Below are positions 14,504 through 29,000 of a stretch of 64,000 nucleotides of DNA, piece by piece. The stretch covers positions 37,076,001 to 37,140,000 of the forward strand of contig CM060734.1 of NCBI GenBank assembly GCA_030704615.1, given 5' to 3'. The number at the start of each line of letters is the position of its first letter. Position 1 is the stretch's first letter. Source of the stretch: Takakia lepidozioides. Lineage: Eukaryota; Plantae; Bryophyta. The notes under the pieces were generated by a model that was not told the DNA's origin, ran no database searches, and saw only the letters and a list, made by a program, of their open reading frames with translations. A program made the position numbers and the translations under genes.

Positions 14504-15820
14504 AAGGTTAGCGCTTAGGGTGTTTTGTTGGGGTTTTTTTGTGTTATTGGTTTTTTTTTGTGTTATTCATCCGATATAAAATTGGAATAGATTTCCAAAA
14601 AAAATAAAATAAAAGGGGGCCTGTGAGCGTGTCACTCTAGTCTGCCACCGTGTCACTCTTCCTTCTCGCACAGTCTCACACAAGTATGCGGGGTGTATGT
14701 GTCAACGGTGTGCTCCTCCCACCCCAAATTCTGCTGTGTCCATGGAAGTTTCTCGGGCAATGTTAAACTGAAGGCGGGTTCACGTGAGGAAGGAGTGTTG
14801 AATGTTGAGTGTGAGGGAAGTAAGAGAAGAGAAAGAAGAAGAGAGAAGGAAAGATCCTTTTTGTTGGATCAAGGTTCTCAGAAGAAATCGGTAGGTGATT
14901 ATTAAGTGTCACCTTGAGGTGAATGCGGCAGATATCATACAGTTGGATTTCATGTTCGTCGATCTCATTCGAGGCTTGCGACTGTGAGGCCTCTGACGAC
15001 AGTGGCATCTTGAAGTGATTGCAGGGAACAATTTCACGAACCCTATCATTTCTCGAGGATCTTCTATGCCGTGACAGAGATGTCAAACAAGTTCCGCGGT
15101 TCCGCATGCAGCAGACAATGCTCTCTGAAAAGTGCTACCGTCCTTTCCCTACACCTGCTTGTTTGGCTGTCTCTCTCTCTTCATGCTCTATGAGTACAAT
15201 GGTTCATATTACAATGGATGAGATTTGCTGCCGAAGATTTTTTGGAGAGCTGAAATGAACTTAATCAGAAGAGGATATAAGATGTAGGCAATTGCAAATA
15301 TACAAGTGAACTGAACCCTAGTTTCAACTGTAAAGAGAGAATTTACCACATACATCAGATCTGAGTTGAAAGGTAGATCTGCTTTCCAATCACCTTTCTA
15401 GCTTGTATTTTTCTCTGCTCGGAAATTGTACCATTGGATATACTTCAACATCCTGGAACTTAATGACCTCTTGAATGTCGAAGGGGCCATGAATTCTATG
15501 TAAGTTTATAGCAGGCCTGCCTGGTAGAGAGGCATTAGCTTAGCTCATGTTCCAGGGTTAAATTTCAGTATCTGAGCTAGGGCTGGATTTTACTTCTGCA
15601 AGGTTCATAGTGCACAGTGTGAATCCCCTGCAGAATCTTGGGAGGAGTGTACAGCGTACTGTCTGTCATAACTGGTAGACTAGAGCCTACCCTAGTTATT
15701 GGCACTTCTGCTTGGTTGGATCTCCAGGTGTTTTGAAAGTGCCAGGTTTCTATGGTGTGAAAACCTTGAAAGCAATGTTGGATACAACCTCAGAATTTCA
15801 AGAAGGGGAGACTTAAAAAC

Positions 15821-16880
15821 ATGAATGCCTTTGCCCCAGATAGTATTAGGCTTCAAGCTGGAGGACCGTTGGCGCCACCTCCTGGTCAAATGCAGAGGGC
15901 CCAAACCAGAGAAGCTGGACGGTGGCAACAGGTGGACTCCGACATAAAGCATCACATGTGGGTTCATAGCGTCTGCCATCCTCATCTCAATGTTTTTAGT
16001 GATGGCAATCCTTGAAAGGATTTTACGACCCCGGAACACAGCCTCTGTGGCCGAGCTTGCTTTGCATGGGAGCAATGAGGAATTACTGGTCCACCTACCA
16101 CTGCACATTTACCAGGGAAACTGGAGGAACTTCACACTGTAAGTGTTGATTATGTTTTACTCCATTTCACCCTCCCAACATTCCTGGTTAAAAAGATTCT
16201 GATTGTTGCTGATTTCAGTTCTGTGATCAACTCTGCAGTGCTACATGTTCAGGGGAGAGTCCGGCTCTTTGTGATCACAGTCTGGGGTCCAGGAGCCCTT
16301 GGTCAAACATGGTGTTCTAGATCACTGTTCTCAGAAAGACATTCAACTAAGTAACTGGTCCTGTATGCCTGCAATGTTTTTCACTTGTCTACTAGAAGGC
16401 CTTATGCCAATTTCTTGCATACTACTCATCAGGGAAATATCTGTGCCCTCTTACTTTCCCTTCCTAATTCAGGCCTTGATAATGCCATGCTCCATGGCTG
16501 TGGGTCAGACATGCGTCTGCCTGGGCTATCCTATTCTCAGCTCAACCCAGACATATTTTGGAGGTCATCTGTGTCCGGGCTTGCAATGATGTTTTAGTGT
16601 TATATCTATTTTTGCAAACATTCCTTGCACACCGTTGCTTTCTTTACAGGCAAGTGCTTTTGATAGAGGATTTTCAGTTATCATGCCTGGGCACGATACT
16701 CCAACCTTTATTGCACATCCGGTCCCAAATCCATGCCCTCCAGAGCGAATGGCACAATATCCTCACACAATCAGCTGCTCGGAATCTTCTGTGGACCATG
16801 GGAGCAGAGTTATGAGTACTGAAGAGATTTCAACGATTACTCGGAACTTGTGGAGCACCTTCCAGTTGACTCAGGTTTAA
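15821..16880 (+). CDS. Small single-pass membrane protein of the At4g28170/At1g11120-like plant family; two frameshifts in exon 1 (assembly error or pseudogene)
   Basis: Exon 1 15821-16138: MNAFAP...RWQQVDSDI, then shifted SITCGFIASAILISMFLVMAILERILRP, then back in frame TGPPTTAHLPGKLEELHT. GT-AG intron. Exon 2 16650-16880: ASAFDRGFSVIMPGHDTPTFIAHPVPNPCPPER. Family recognised from memory by the GF(V/I)A(T/S)AILISMFL and SV(L/I)MPG...PTFIAHP motifs. Confidence 0.75.
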
Positions 16881-18381
16881 CTTGGATCTCTACCAAGTGA
16901 CGAGATGGGGCAAAAGACAAGCTCTTAGGGATACAGAAACTCATCAGACGGGTTTCGAAAAGATGATTGCATGAAAGCTTCTAGCGGCAGACCAGCAAAG
17001 ATCCAAGTTCTGAAGAGGATACTGGGGATACTGAGGCCTACAAGGACCTTCAATTAGCATCCTCATGGAACTATCAACTTTGCTGGAAATCTTCTGAAAC
17101 ACTTACAACTGTACGTTCTCTTCCCAGCTTGGAGAAGAAGCGTGGAAAGCTGGGAGATGGTTGATTTGTGCCTTGGCTTCATCCATACCTGACAGTATGT
17201 CTCAAGCACTGTGCAGTAAAAACGATCGCTGGTCCTTGCTCCTGTATTAGTGAGAATGTATTGTCCTATTATTCTCGAGTACGCTTGGTGCGAGTTATGA
17301 AGCTCTCCAATTGGTGGAATAGGGAGGGTCTCTGCAGAGAACAGTGTCCAATTGGTGATGGTCCACTGTGAAGTCAACGTAGAGATGGTCTTTGAATCAA
17401 ATGGAGACGATCCTGCGAATGCAAATAATGTTTATTGCATGTGTCTCCTAGTGTAGTCAAGGTAGAGAGGTGGTCCTTGATTCGCAGGGGAGTGATCCTG
17501 CCAATGCAAGTAGTGGCTGTTCATGTGTTCCAGTCTGTGCGGTAGTCAAGATATCCATAAGACGCTGATATGTCCTATCCAGTGATATACTTCTCTTGGT
17601 TAAGGAGTGTTTAGGAAGTTGCCAGGAAAGAGAAAGAAAAAAAAGAATTGGCAGAAGCTCAACCCATTTTGTCCTCTGGAGTTTCTGCCATGAAATCTGA
17701 GGATTCTCCTCTGATATATGTAGCTACCCAACACCTTTCTCTAAAAGATGCAATCATATGAGCTTGGTCACCTCCGAAGTGGTGTGGTGTCTGAGTATTT
17801 CATAAAAAGTCGAGCGACTCTTGTGGTGAAGCTGTGTGGGAAATAGGATCTTGGTCCCTTTCAAAGTGTGGTGCGTCCAACTGAGTGACAACTTGTTCAA
17901 AGCATATGACAATCTTCAGTTGCTATGGTCCCTTTCACCCTGGTCCGACCCCGAGAAACACACCCAACTGGCAAAGACAAGCTTCATCACCCCAGGCTAA
18001 AATTTTCTGGTATCCATCAAAGGATGGATCCAGTCCCGCCTCTCATCTCCTGAAAGCAATTATCTCTAGGCACATTCTCCACATATCTTGCAACATGTAC
18101 TACTGCAGCTTGTTCCTAATTCCTGCCTGTCCACTTTACTTGTGTGGATCTAAGTTACCTTCTGCTCCTGGAAATGGATCCACAAGCAAAGCCTGATAAA
18201 GTGATTTGCAACGTGTCTGCACAAGGACCTCCAAGAGAGTGTGTTGGGTAAGTAGATCAAGTTACTGGGTCCCCCAAGTCCTCTCTGCTTCAGGGGCTGC
18301 ATTGCCAGGGGCTCCAAAGCACCCATCACACCAAGTGCAATTCTTCCAGCATTGTAGAGGGAGAGAAAGAGGAAGGTGAGC

Positions 18382-21300
18382 ATGGCATGTTGGACGGTCT
18401 GGCGAATGCCAGGAGTAGGAAGGCCGACGGGGTGGAGGGCTGTACGTTGCGAGGGAGGCGAGGTGTTTGGAGACGGTGGCAGGAAGAGAGTAATCGTGCT
18501 GGGTGGCACAGGGCGGGTAGGGGGTTCTACTGTCCGAGCCTTGGCAGCCGTCCCTGGCCTTGAGCTCGTCGTGGCTGGCCGAAACCGGTACCTCTCTGAC
18601 AACCTCTTTTGTCCTGAAAACTTACAGGATCATGGGGAAACTATCCAGCTGCCCATACGAGAAACCCACTCCACGATGGATACAATGCGATAGATTAGAT
18701 TAATTGTTATGGTATTTGTGCACAGATACGACAATTGAAGCTAAGAATCCGCATTGATGGATGTTCAAAATTGCTACTGAGGGCAAGGAGTTCTAGATGA
18801 TCCTGAGCCCATTAGCACTGGGGCTGTCGCTAGCCTGTCTCATCGTTTGACAAAGTTAACTTGTCGAGGTCCTAGCATGCTACAAAAAAACACGGTACAT
18901 CGTGCGTACCTGGAGGATCTGCAGCAAACATGGCGGTTCATCAGGACATCCCAGCACCCGTTGTGCCAAGAACGAATCTGTTGTATCGAGGATTAGAGAT
19001 GATTTGCCATCCCATTGCCAATCATGCTCTGGCATTCATGCATCTTGCTGCTCTCCAGGTGTATTAGGAAGCACCTTTTTGTCTTTGTTGATGTAATTCA
19101 GTTTGTGAAAGAATGCGACTCTGGGCCTTCTTAGAACGCTGTAGGGTTGATGGGACGATTCTGTTCATGAGCAGGGAGAAAGGGGAGGCTTTAGCAGCAG
19201 AGCTTGGTGGGAGCATAAAATTTGCCCAATGTGACTTTGAGAACACTGCAGCGTTGAGAGCGGCCCTTGAGGGTGCGTCCATTGGCAAGATTTTTTAAAG
19301 TGTGTATTGATGAGGTGACTGAAAGGTCCTAGCTAAGGTAACCAGCCAGCAAGTTTGTACTGGTTTATCCAACTTTGCCTTAGTTCGCCCAAAGAATGCA
19401 GAAGCTTGAAGTTTGCATGTAGATTTTCATCGTTGAATCTTCTTCCTTTCTCTCATTGGACAGACCTCAAGTGGTATTACAATGTAGCAGGAATAGACCT
19501 ATCATTCTCCTAGAGTGAACAAGCTCTTGATGGGGGACCTGGGCTTGCTCATGTGGACCAAGCACAGTTTTGCTGGCTAACAATACATGAAGTATAGCAG
19601 CGCACTAAGTCCAGCAGTCTATGGTGCTCTAGAGAGCCTTAAATGTGTCTAAGCCTACAACATGATCTTGATACGTAGACATCTGATACAAAGGCACATT
19701 TCCTTGCAGGAATGGACCTGGTGATACATGCAGCAGGCCCCTTCCAGCGGCGGGAGCAGTGCACTGTGCTAGAGGCTGCCATAGACACCAACGTTCCATT
19801 CTGCACCCTCACCTTAACTCTTGTTTTCTTCTAGTGTTTCTTTGGGAGGAAGGAAGGAGATGTCTTGGTCTATGTGTGCTCTGGAAGGCCAGATCATTCT
19901 TGTACTTCCAAGTGCAATGCCCAAAGAGCAGGATGAGAGGGAAAGAGAGGGGAGGGAGTTTTGAGGCATATCACTGAAGCCTTGTAGCAGGACCTACTTT
20001 TTCAGAGTAGTTTTAATTGATACTGACCTTCAAATTTCATCCACAAGGGTCTTTGCAAGGATGTGTAAGTTTCTCAAATTGAGTAACAAGGTGAGAAAGG
20101 ATGGGGTAGAGCAAAGAAAGAGACCTTATGGCTAGCTCTCTGGCCTGTAGATGTGCACTAAATTTTCAAACTCATTTTGGTCAGAAATTGCCCACAGAAT
20201 TACCTTGCACCCATGATTGCACCAGAAACATTGAAGCTTGTTTTTAATCTTCTGTATTCTTACTACAGTTTTCACTGTTCTGATTGCAAGATGGTTTGGT
20301 GATGCAGACGGCCTACATTGATGTGTGCGATGATCAAGACTATTCCAAGCAGGCAAAGAGCCTCCACCAGAAGGCACTTACTGCACAAGTTCCAGCAATA
20401 ACAACAGCTGGAATCTACCCTGGAGTCAGTAACAGTGGGTCCTTAACGGAGCTTACTTATTTTTCATTTCTGAAATCAGCCTTCTGCATCAGAATCGCAA
20501 GACCTGTAGATTTCACTCCCCTCTTTTTCTCTCTCTCATTGCTGCGCCCTTTTTCAGTGTGGTGCCTTCCTTCTAGTTGGGAGCAAAAAACAAGGGCAAG
20601 AGAGACGAGACTTGAATCATGACTTTGGTTGCATGAAGCAAAGATAGGTGGAAGGAAAGAGGGGCGTCTCACGGATTTGTTAGTATTCTGGGGGGGTTTA
20701 ATGCAAACAGAGATTCAGAGATATGGAGAATAAAGACGGAGTTGCATGGAACTAAGCCACAGAGAGGGTTGATTCCTTCTGAGGAAGGTTGTGGATGCAT
20801 TGCAGTAATGGCAGCTGAGTTGGTACGCTTAAACACAAAGGAAACTGAAGATGGAAGCACAAATGGAAGCCTGCCTGAGCGACTCCGGTAAGTTTCTCGT
20901 TTCAACCTGTTTTTGTCAACGTAGTCTGCTAGTATTCATGTGGGGTCCTCAAATTCAAATCAGAATGAGGCTGGCATGTTGGCTTAAAGAGCCTTACAAC
21001 TAATCTTGGAGGCTATTTTGGACTGTGTCTTCATCAACGTATGCCAGGTTCTGGCCTCTACTCATTATTTCACATATCTGTTTGTAAACTGAAGCTCTTG
21101 CTGGTTCTTGTCTAGGTTCTCAATTTTCAGTATTGAGAACTGTTGAAGTTCTCTTTATTTGACCATATCTCCCGTACCCCTCTTCCCTTCAGACTTTTTG
21201 CATGTCCATCCTGACAGTTCTTTTCAGGTATTCTTATTACACAGCTGGATCAGGTGGGGCAGGGCCCACAATTCTCGCAACAAGCTTTCTGCTACTTGGC

Positions 21301-23044
21301 GAGGAGGTGGTAGCCTATAAAGATGGTATCCCTCTAATTTTAGCTCTTAGTTTGACGTAGTACCTTGATTGCTTCACATGGTTGAGTGGATTGTGTGCAC
21401 TATTTCCTTGTGGGCAAACAACCCTGCACCCGGTTGGCCGCAACAGAGAGGTGGGGGATGATTGGACAATGAGAGGTAGAGGGGACCAGGTTCCTACTGA
21501 ATGTTTGATGTAGTTGAGGTATTAGCATGGATGTTACCACCCCATAGAGAACCAGCAAGTTATGCTCATTGGAAATTCCCTGGGCCCCATAACGATCAGC
21601 GATCCATCCAGTCTGTCATGAGAAAACAGGAGGGAGCTACCTTGACACACCTTGAACAGACCCATAGGTTATCCACAACTCTCCTAAGTGAAGCTTTGGC
21701 ATGCTTGTTGGTTTAAAGAGCTGAAGTAGGGAATAGAGACTGTGAACTGCACTTTTGTCCTGTAAAAGTCTTAGACTCATTCTTGCTTTTTGCTCAGATA
21801 CTTACGTGTGGTAATCCTGGAAAGAGACACCTCGGAGATTACCACAGACGAGTTGATGCTGCCGTATACCCTCTCCAGACATTTGTGTTATGACTATTTC
21901 AGGCTGCGGACATAGTTTAGCATTTTCGGAATATCAAGCAACGTCCACTGATCCTATATTTCATCTCTATTTTGACAGGGAAAGAGGTGAGGCAGAAGGC
22001 ATACAGTGGGCAGCGTAATGTTGATTTTGGGAAGGGAATTGGCACAAAACCTGTCTTTCTGCTGTAGGTTCCTCACCTGTCTCTCTGTCTATCACTTCTT
22101 TGGTTTCTGTTGTGCTTTGTTGTTGTACTTGTGTCCTTTGGGTCCTTTGGTCCACAGATAAATTTACTTTGTCTCTTTCTGCTTAGTGGCTTACCTGCAT
22201 GAAGCACTCCGCCTTCAAGCAAGGCTTTAGCTTTGAGTTTTACGTTGGTCTCAGTGGTTCTACCGTGTTGTTCTACTTTTCTCTCTTGGGCCCATCGTGA
22301 CTCCTGGGGACCTAACAACTTCCCCTTTTATTCTCCCCCTCTCTTGCTCGCTCTCTCTCTCTCTCTCTCTAGCCCATGTTTTTCTTTCCATTTTGTCCCG
22401 TAAGCTCTATGAGCTTTCCGCGGATGTTATAAAGCACCATTTCATTTCATTTCATTTTATTTCTCTCTAGCCCATATTGACGGGCGGAAGCCTCCTGTGT
22501 CCTGCACATCCCCAAGCATGTCATTATTGTGGTAAACGCAGGGCTATAAACTAAAATCAATAACTCTGCAACCTGGCTGTCGAGTTTGCACCAGACAAGT
22601 GCCTCTGTGAGTGCCTTAATGGCAGTTGCTGGAATCTAAGTTTATACCTGCAGCTGAGGTGCAGGGATAAGCTAAACCCTGGTGGGTCCCGGGAGGGTTA
22701 GTTTCCAATGGGTCAATGGCTGTAAGGCTATGGCAAGCCGAGTACATTCTCTCTCTCTCTCTCGGTGACATGGACGGCAGTACAACCAGTCACATCTTAC
22801 ACATCCGTGGTTAGGCTTAGGACTGCAGGAGCAGTGCCCAATTCAACACTTAATTCAACACTTTATCTGTGTGACATCAATGTCAGCACCTAAACCCATT
22901 CTCGATTGCATGCCACCAGATTGTCATGACCTGTATGCATGCACCGTAAATTGGGCTGAGTTTCCACTTCCTGGTGGGTTGACATCCCAAAACTGGCTCC
23001 TGCGGGATATGTATTCAAGGGTATGTGATAGCAGGCAATGAAAA

Positions 23045-23088
<44 letters not shown>

Positions 23089-26000
23089 TAAACTTATAGC
23101 CTGCGAGAACAATCAAAATTTTAGCTCCTATCAACATCAACACTCCTCAGGGTGATCCCTGGGAATTGGTTACTTATGCCAAATCTAGGACTTCATGTGT
23201 AGTTTTTGGGGTGAATCCCAGGATGGACGATGTGTCCTTTAAAACTACATGCTCTAGCGTAGGCTTGGATTTCATGGCTAATGGTACCATCTCGAGACTT
23301 GATAACAGGGGTACGTTGAAGGTTGCAATGACCAAAAGTGTTTCTAATAGAGTCCCACATCAATTCAATCTCAAAGAAGTTCGTCCCTTGACTGGCTGGA
23401 GAGCGGTCTTAGACATTGTTGATTCAATGGGGCGCTCTAGGAAGACAACCAAGGGCAACGACTTCAACTTGAGAGTTTCTAATCGGTTTGATGCTCTGGA
23501 TGAGGTTGAATCCAAACAGCCAGAAGGACAAGATGCCCCTAAGTGTACGGAACCTGAACGTCCTGAATCTGAAGGATTGGTACTCTGAATGGTTTACCAA
23601 TCCTCAAGGTTTACACAAGACGAACAAATTCTATACACGGGGTAATTGTCCCCACGCCGTCAGATGGACAATCTGTCCCTAAGTGTGAAGAGCCTGAACG
23701 TCGTGTAACTGAAGGATTTGGTACTCTAAATGGTTTACCAATCCTCAAAGTCTACACAAGACGAGCAAAATCTATACACGGGGTAATTGTCCCCAAGCAG
23801 TCTGACGGACAATCTGCCCCTATGTGTGCGGAGCCTGTGCGTCGTGTAACTGAAGATTTGATACCCTGAATGGTTACCAATTCTCAAAGTTTACACAAGA
23901 CGAGCAAAATCTACACATGGGGTAACTGTCCCCCCTTTGCAGAACGGTTGGCCGTCCAGGAGCAATCACAAGCTACCTAGACGACAAACAATTCACATGC
24001 AAAGGGCTGGCTTGCGGCTGGCCACTTTCAACTTCTCAGGGTTGACCAACCAAAGGAAACAACTCGAAGTGGGACAAGTTCTTCGGACTAATGATATTCA
24101 TATCTGTGCTGGGCAAGAAACATGGGAAACGTCGGATAAACTGGTTGGAGATGTCAATGGTTATAAATGGGCAGGTAAGATGTTACTCTCAAGGCAGCCT
24201 CTGCCAAACGCGGTCAAAAAGGGGTTGGATTCTTTGTCCGTGATTTCTTGTTTGACAATTGTGAAATTATCAACAAGGGTTTGAGGTACGAGCATAGTAT
24301 CTGGCTAAAACTGAATCTGAAGGGCGGCATGAGTACAAAGGACCTCTTTGTGGGTTGTGTTACATGCCCACAGAGGGGACCTTAGTGCTGACGCAGACAA
24401 AGCCTTCGAAGATGTAAAGCTGGACTGTGCTTCGTTCCTTGCCAAAGGTCAGGTGGTACTATTGGGGGACTTCAATGCCCGGGTGGGCAAAGGGATCCAT
24501 CAGGACGATATCATTGGACCTTTTGGTGAGGACGAGCTGAATTCTAATGGCAGACGGTTAATTAACTGTCTAGAAGAGCTTCAGCTTTTGACCTTGAATA
24601 ACAGGACAAGAGGTGACCAAGTGCAGTGGACTCGTGAGAAATCCCAAACTGGGGAACGTTCCATTGGACTATATCATAATAATGGAAAAATTTTGTTCCC
24701 CAGTGTGCAATGTGTTGATCGACAGAACTGATATTGGTACCTCTGACCACTTCCTGGTTTGGACTGAGATCAAAAGGTGTTTTCCCACCACCAAGAGATC
24801 TGTGAAACGTTCGATTCGGAAGTGGCGCATAGAAAATTCCACAATGAGGAGGTCAAGGCTGAGTACGTCCAGGCCTTGCAAGAGGCTCTCCCTCATTTTG
24901 TCCAATCGCTCCAAGAACTTCAGTCACGCTCTGTTAACGCAAGAAATGAAGTCGAAAGAGCAGTGGACTCTTGGGAGAGTTTCGTTTCCTCCGTGGCTGA
25001 CAAGATCATTGGGAGGAAACTAATTGTCTGGTAGAGCAGTTAATTGGTGGACCAATGAGATTAAACTCAAGATAGCTGAGAGACGAGCCCTCTATAAAGA
25101 GTGCTGCAATTTGGAAACCAACAGAGAATTGTGGGCGAGGTACTACCAGCTCCGTAAGAATATCAATCAGCTTGTTAGGTCTCAGAAGAAATTATACTGG
25201 GACAAGTTATACAGTGAAATAAACTCAAACCACCATGTGGTAATGACAAGAAATTCTGGTTGGCCCTTCAACGTTTGTACAAGCCGAAAAACGGTCAGCA
25301 AGTACAAGCGCTGAAGACTACTAAAGGTGCAGTGGTGACTTCATCGGTTGACATTGTCAAAACCTTTGAAAACTCACTACAGTATCCTTGGCAGAACTTC
25401 TAGGTCTAACAGTGAGGGGTCTTCTGCTGAATGGAGGGACACAGTTGGAAAACTGTTCCTATGATTCAAAACAGCCCTGATGAACTGGAGTATATTTCAA
25501 TGGCTTATAATGCTCCCATTAGTTCTTCTGAGATTGTGGAAGCAATTGAACATTTAAATGGATATAAGCTGGTGGACCTGATGGTATTGTCAACGAGCTT
25601 ATCAAGCACGGTGGCGATCCCATGATAGAGGCCCTAGTTCTCCTCTTTAACCTTATCTGGAAGACTGAAATGATCCCCTTTCGCTGGCGACAGGGGGTCA
25701 TTGTCAATCTATACAAGAAGGGTGACAGAGAAGAACCGGGGAACTACCGTGGCATCACGCTCCTCAATGCTGTTGGCAAGACATTCTGCAGAGTTATAAG
25801 TACTCGTCTCGAGGTTGATCTGGAGTCTAGAGGTTGTTTCCACGAAGGCCAAGCTGGCTTTCGGCGAAACAGGGGCTGTGTGGATCATATCTTCACTCTA
25901 AGCCAGATTATCCAGGGAAGGAAAAAAGAAGGGAAACCCACTTATGTTTTTTTCCTGGATGTCAAAAAGGCTTATGACACAGTGTGGAGAGATGGCCTAT

Positions 26001-29000
26001 GGTTCCGCCTCTGGTCTTGTGGGATCAAGGGAAAGATGTGGAGAGTTGTCCACAACTTGTATGCTCACACCAAAAGCTGTGTCACTGTTAACGGACAGAA
26101 GTCCAACTTCTTTGACATAGACCAAGGTGTAGCTCAAGGATGTACTCTCTCCCCTCTGCTCTTCAATGTTTTCATCAATCAACTCCTCGAGGATGTGGAA
26201 AGTGAGGGATTTGGGTTAAGGGTGGGTGATACCACCATACCAGCCCTTATGTTTGCGGATGACTTCGCAGGCATAGGGGAGACTCCAACCAATCTCCAGG
26301 AGTTGATTGATTGCGCGAAGAGATACTTTGATCTTTGGGGGCTAGAGGCTAATGTCAGCAAATGTGCAGTGGTAGCATTCAACGACAGAGGAGAGGGAGG
26401 AAGTGATCTTAAGTGGCAGTGGGGTAGCCAAGAGATCCCGGTCCTCCCTTCCTACACTTACCTGGGCGTTGAGTTTCCTCCAATTGTAATTGGGATGCAC
26501 ATATCCGGAAAGTTGTTCAAACTGGCAAGGGCAAAGCTCTGGGGCTCACTAAATTTTTCCACTGCAGAGGGGTCAACTCTGAGGTTAAGAAAACCATGCT
26601 TTGTCGCGTTATTAGACCTGCCTTGGAGTACGGATCTGCTATATGGGTTGATAACTCCAACCAGGCTAAGTCTCTAGAATCCATTCAAGTGGGGGTGCTT
26701 AAGGAGTGTATGTCAGCATGCTCCAAAACAGCCAATGTGGCTGTTCGGGTGAGTTTGGCATTCCGTCCTTAAGCTCCCGAGGAGATGAATATGGTGGGGT
26801 CAGCTGCAACATATGCCCAACACCAGATATCCTAAGTTAATCGACTCTATATCTTGGAAACAGGACCGCCCTGTCAAACAGGCTAAGTCCTGGCAGAAGA
26901 GAGTAGAAGAGATTCTCAAGGACCTGGACCTGGATCCGCAAGTCTTGACCCTGCTGGATAAATCTGACTTAGAGGCTGTAGTGTCCAGCCATGTCTGTTG
27001 CCATGAGATTGTCTGATGAAAATGAAGTTAGGCAGAAAACTTCCCTGAAACTTGTTTCCAGTCAGTGACATGGGGGAGGACATCTTGGATGACCTCAAGG
27101 GTCTACCCACTCTCGGCACACTAGACTGAAATTTAAACTCAGGGCAGGAAGCCTACCTTTGAACAGCAAACAGAGCAGAGAGGAAAGGGAGAGTGCAATT
27201 GCCCGTTGTGTGGGCAATCTGAAGACAGTATTCATTTTCTGATACACTGTCCGGGGTTCTCTCACCAAAGAGACGCTCTCTTCAATTCTATCAAGGGAAT
27301 TGTGCCTGTACCCCTGTTTACCAACTTTGAAAGTCTCGAGGCTGAGCCAAAAGCCCAGGCCCTCCTGAGGCCTAGGTTTTGGGCAAATCACACACAGCAG
27401 ATTGATGCTTGTGTGAAGGGATTTCTAGAGGATATCTGGAAAACCCGGATTAATTCTTATATGAAGGTAAGTCTTACTACCAACGTCAGCCCCTGACAGA
27501 GGTAGGTTCTGTCCCTTTTGTTTCCCGCTCAAACTGGGCGCGGGGTCAATGGCCACAAGGCTACGGCAAACAACGTCTTATGAGTACAATCTCTCTCTCT
27601 CTCTGGATAAATCTGACTTAGAGGCTGTAGTGTCCGAAGCCATGTCTGTTGCCATGAGATTGTCTGATGAAAATGAAGTTCGGCGGAAAACTTCCTGAAC
27701 TTGTTTCCAGTCAGTGACATGGGGAGGACATCTTGGATGACCTCAAGGGTCTACCCACTCTCGGCACTAGACTGAAATTTTAACTCAGGGCAGGAAGCCT
27801 ACCTTTGAACAGCAAACAGAAGCAGAGAGGAAAGGGAGAGTGCAATTGCCCGTTGTGTGGGCAATCTGAAGACAGTATTCATTTTCTGATACACTGTCCA
27901 GGGTTCTCTCACCAAAGAGACGCTCTCTTCAATTCTATCAAGGGAATTGTGCCTGTACCCCTGTTTACCAACTTTGAAAGTCTCGAGGCTGAGCCAAAAG
28001 CCCAGGCCCTCCTGAGGCCTAGTTTTGGGCAAATCACACACAGCAGATTGATGCTTGTGTGAAGGGATTTCTAGAGGATATCTGGAAAACCCGGATTAAT
28101 TCTTTATGAAGGTAAGTCTTACTACCAATGTCAGCCCCTGACAGGTAGGTTCTGTCCTTTTGTTCCCGCTCAAACTGGGCGCGGGGTCAATGGCCACAAG
28201 GCTACGGCAAACAACGTCTTATGAGTACAATCTCTCTCTCTCTGGAAGAGTTTGGCATCCCTTCCTTAAGCTCCCGACGAGATGAATTCAAGGTGAGATG
28301 GTGGGGTCAGCTGCAACGTATGTCCAACATCAGATATCCTAAGTTAATCGACTCTATATCTTGGAAGCAGGATCGCCCTGTCAAACAGGCTAAGTCCTGG
28401 CGGAAGAGAGTAGAAGAGATTCACAAGGATCTGAACCTTAGACCGCAAGTCTTGACCCTGCTGGATAAATCTGACTTAATGGCTGTAGTGTCCAAAGCCA
28501 TGTCTGTTGCCAGGAAATTGTCTGGTGAAAGTGAAGTTAGGCGGCGGGAATCCTACCTTTGAACAGCAAACAGAAGCAGAGAGGAAAGGGAGAGTGCAAT
28601 TGCCCGTTGTGTGGGCAACCTGAAGACAATGTTCACTTTCTGATTCATTGTCCGGGGTTCTCTCACCAGAGAGACGCTCTCTTCAAATCTAACAAGGGAA
28701 TTGTGCCTGGACCTCTGTTTACCAACTTTGGAAGTCTCGAGGCTGAGCCAAAAGCCCAGGCCCATTTGGGGCCTAGTTATTGGGCAAACCACACACAGCA
28801 GGTTGATGCTTGTGTAAAGGGATTTCTAGAGGATATCTGGAAAACCTGGGTCAATTATTTATTCCAATGTAATTCTTACTACTGGCGTCAGCCCCTGACA
28901 AAGGTAGGTTATGTCCCTTTGTGTTCCGCTCAAACTGGGCGCGGGGTCAATGGCCATGAGGCTACGGCAAAGAACATCTTATGAGTACATTCTCTCTCTG

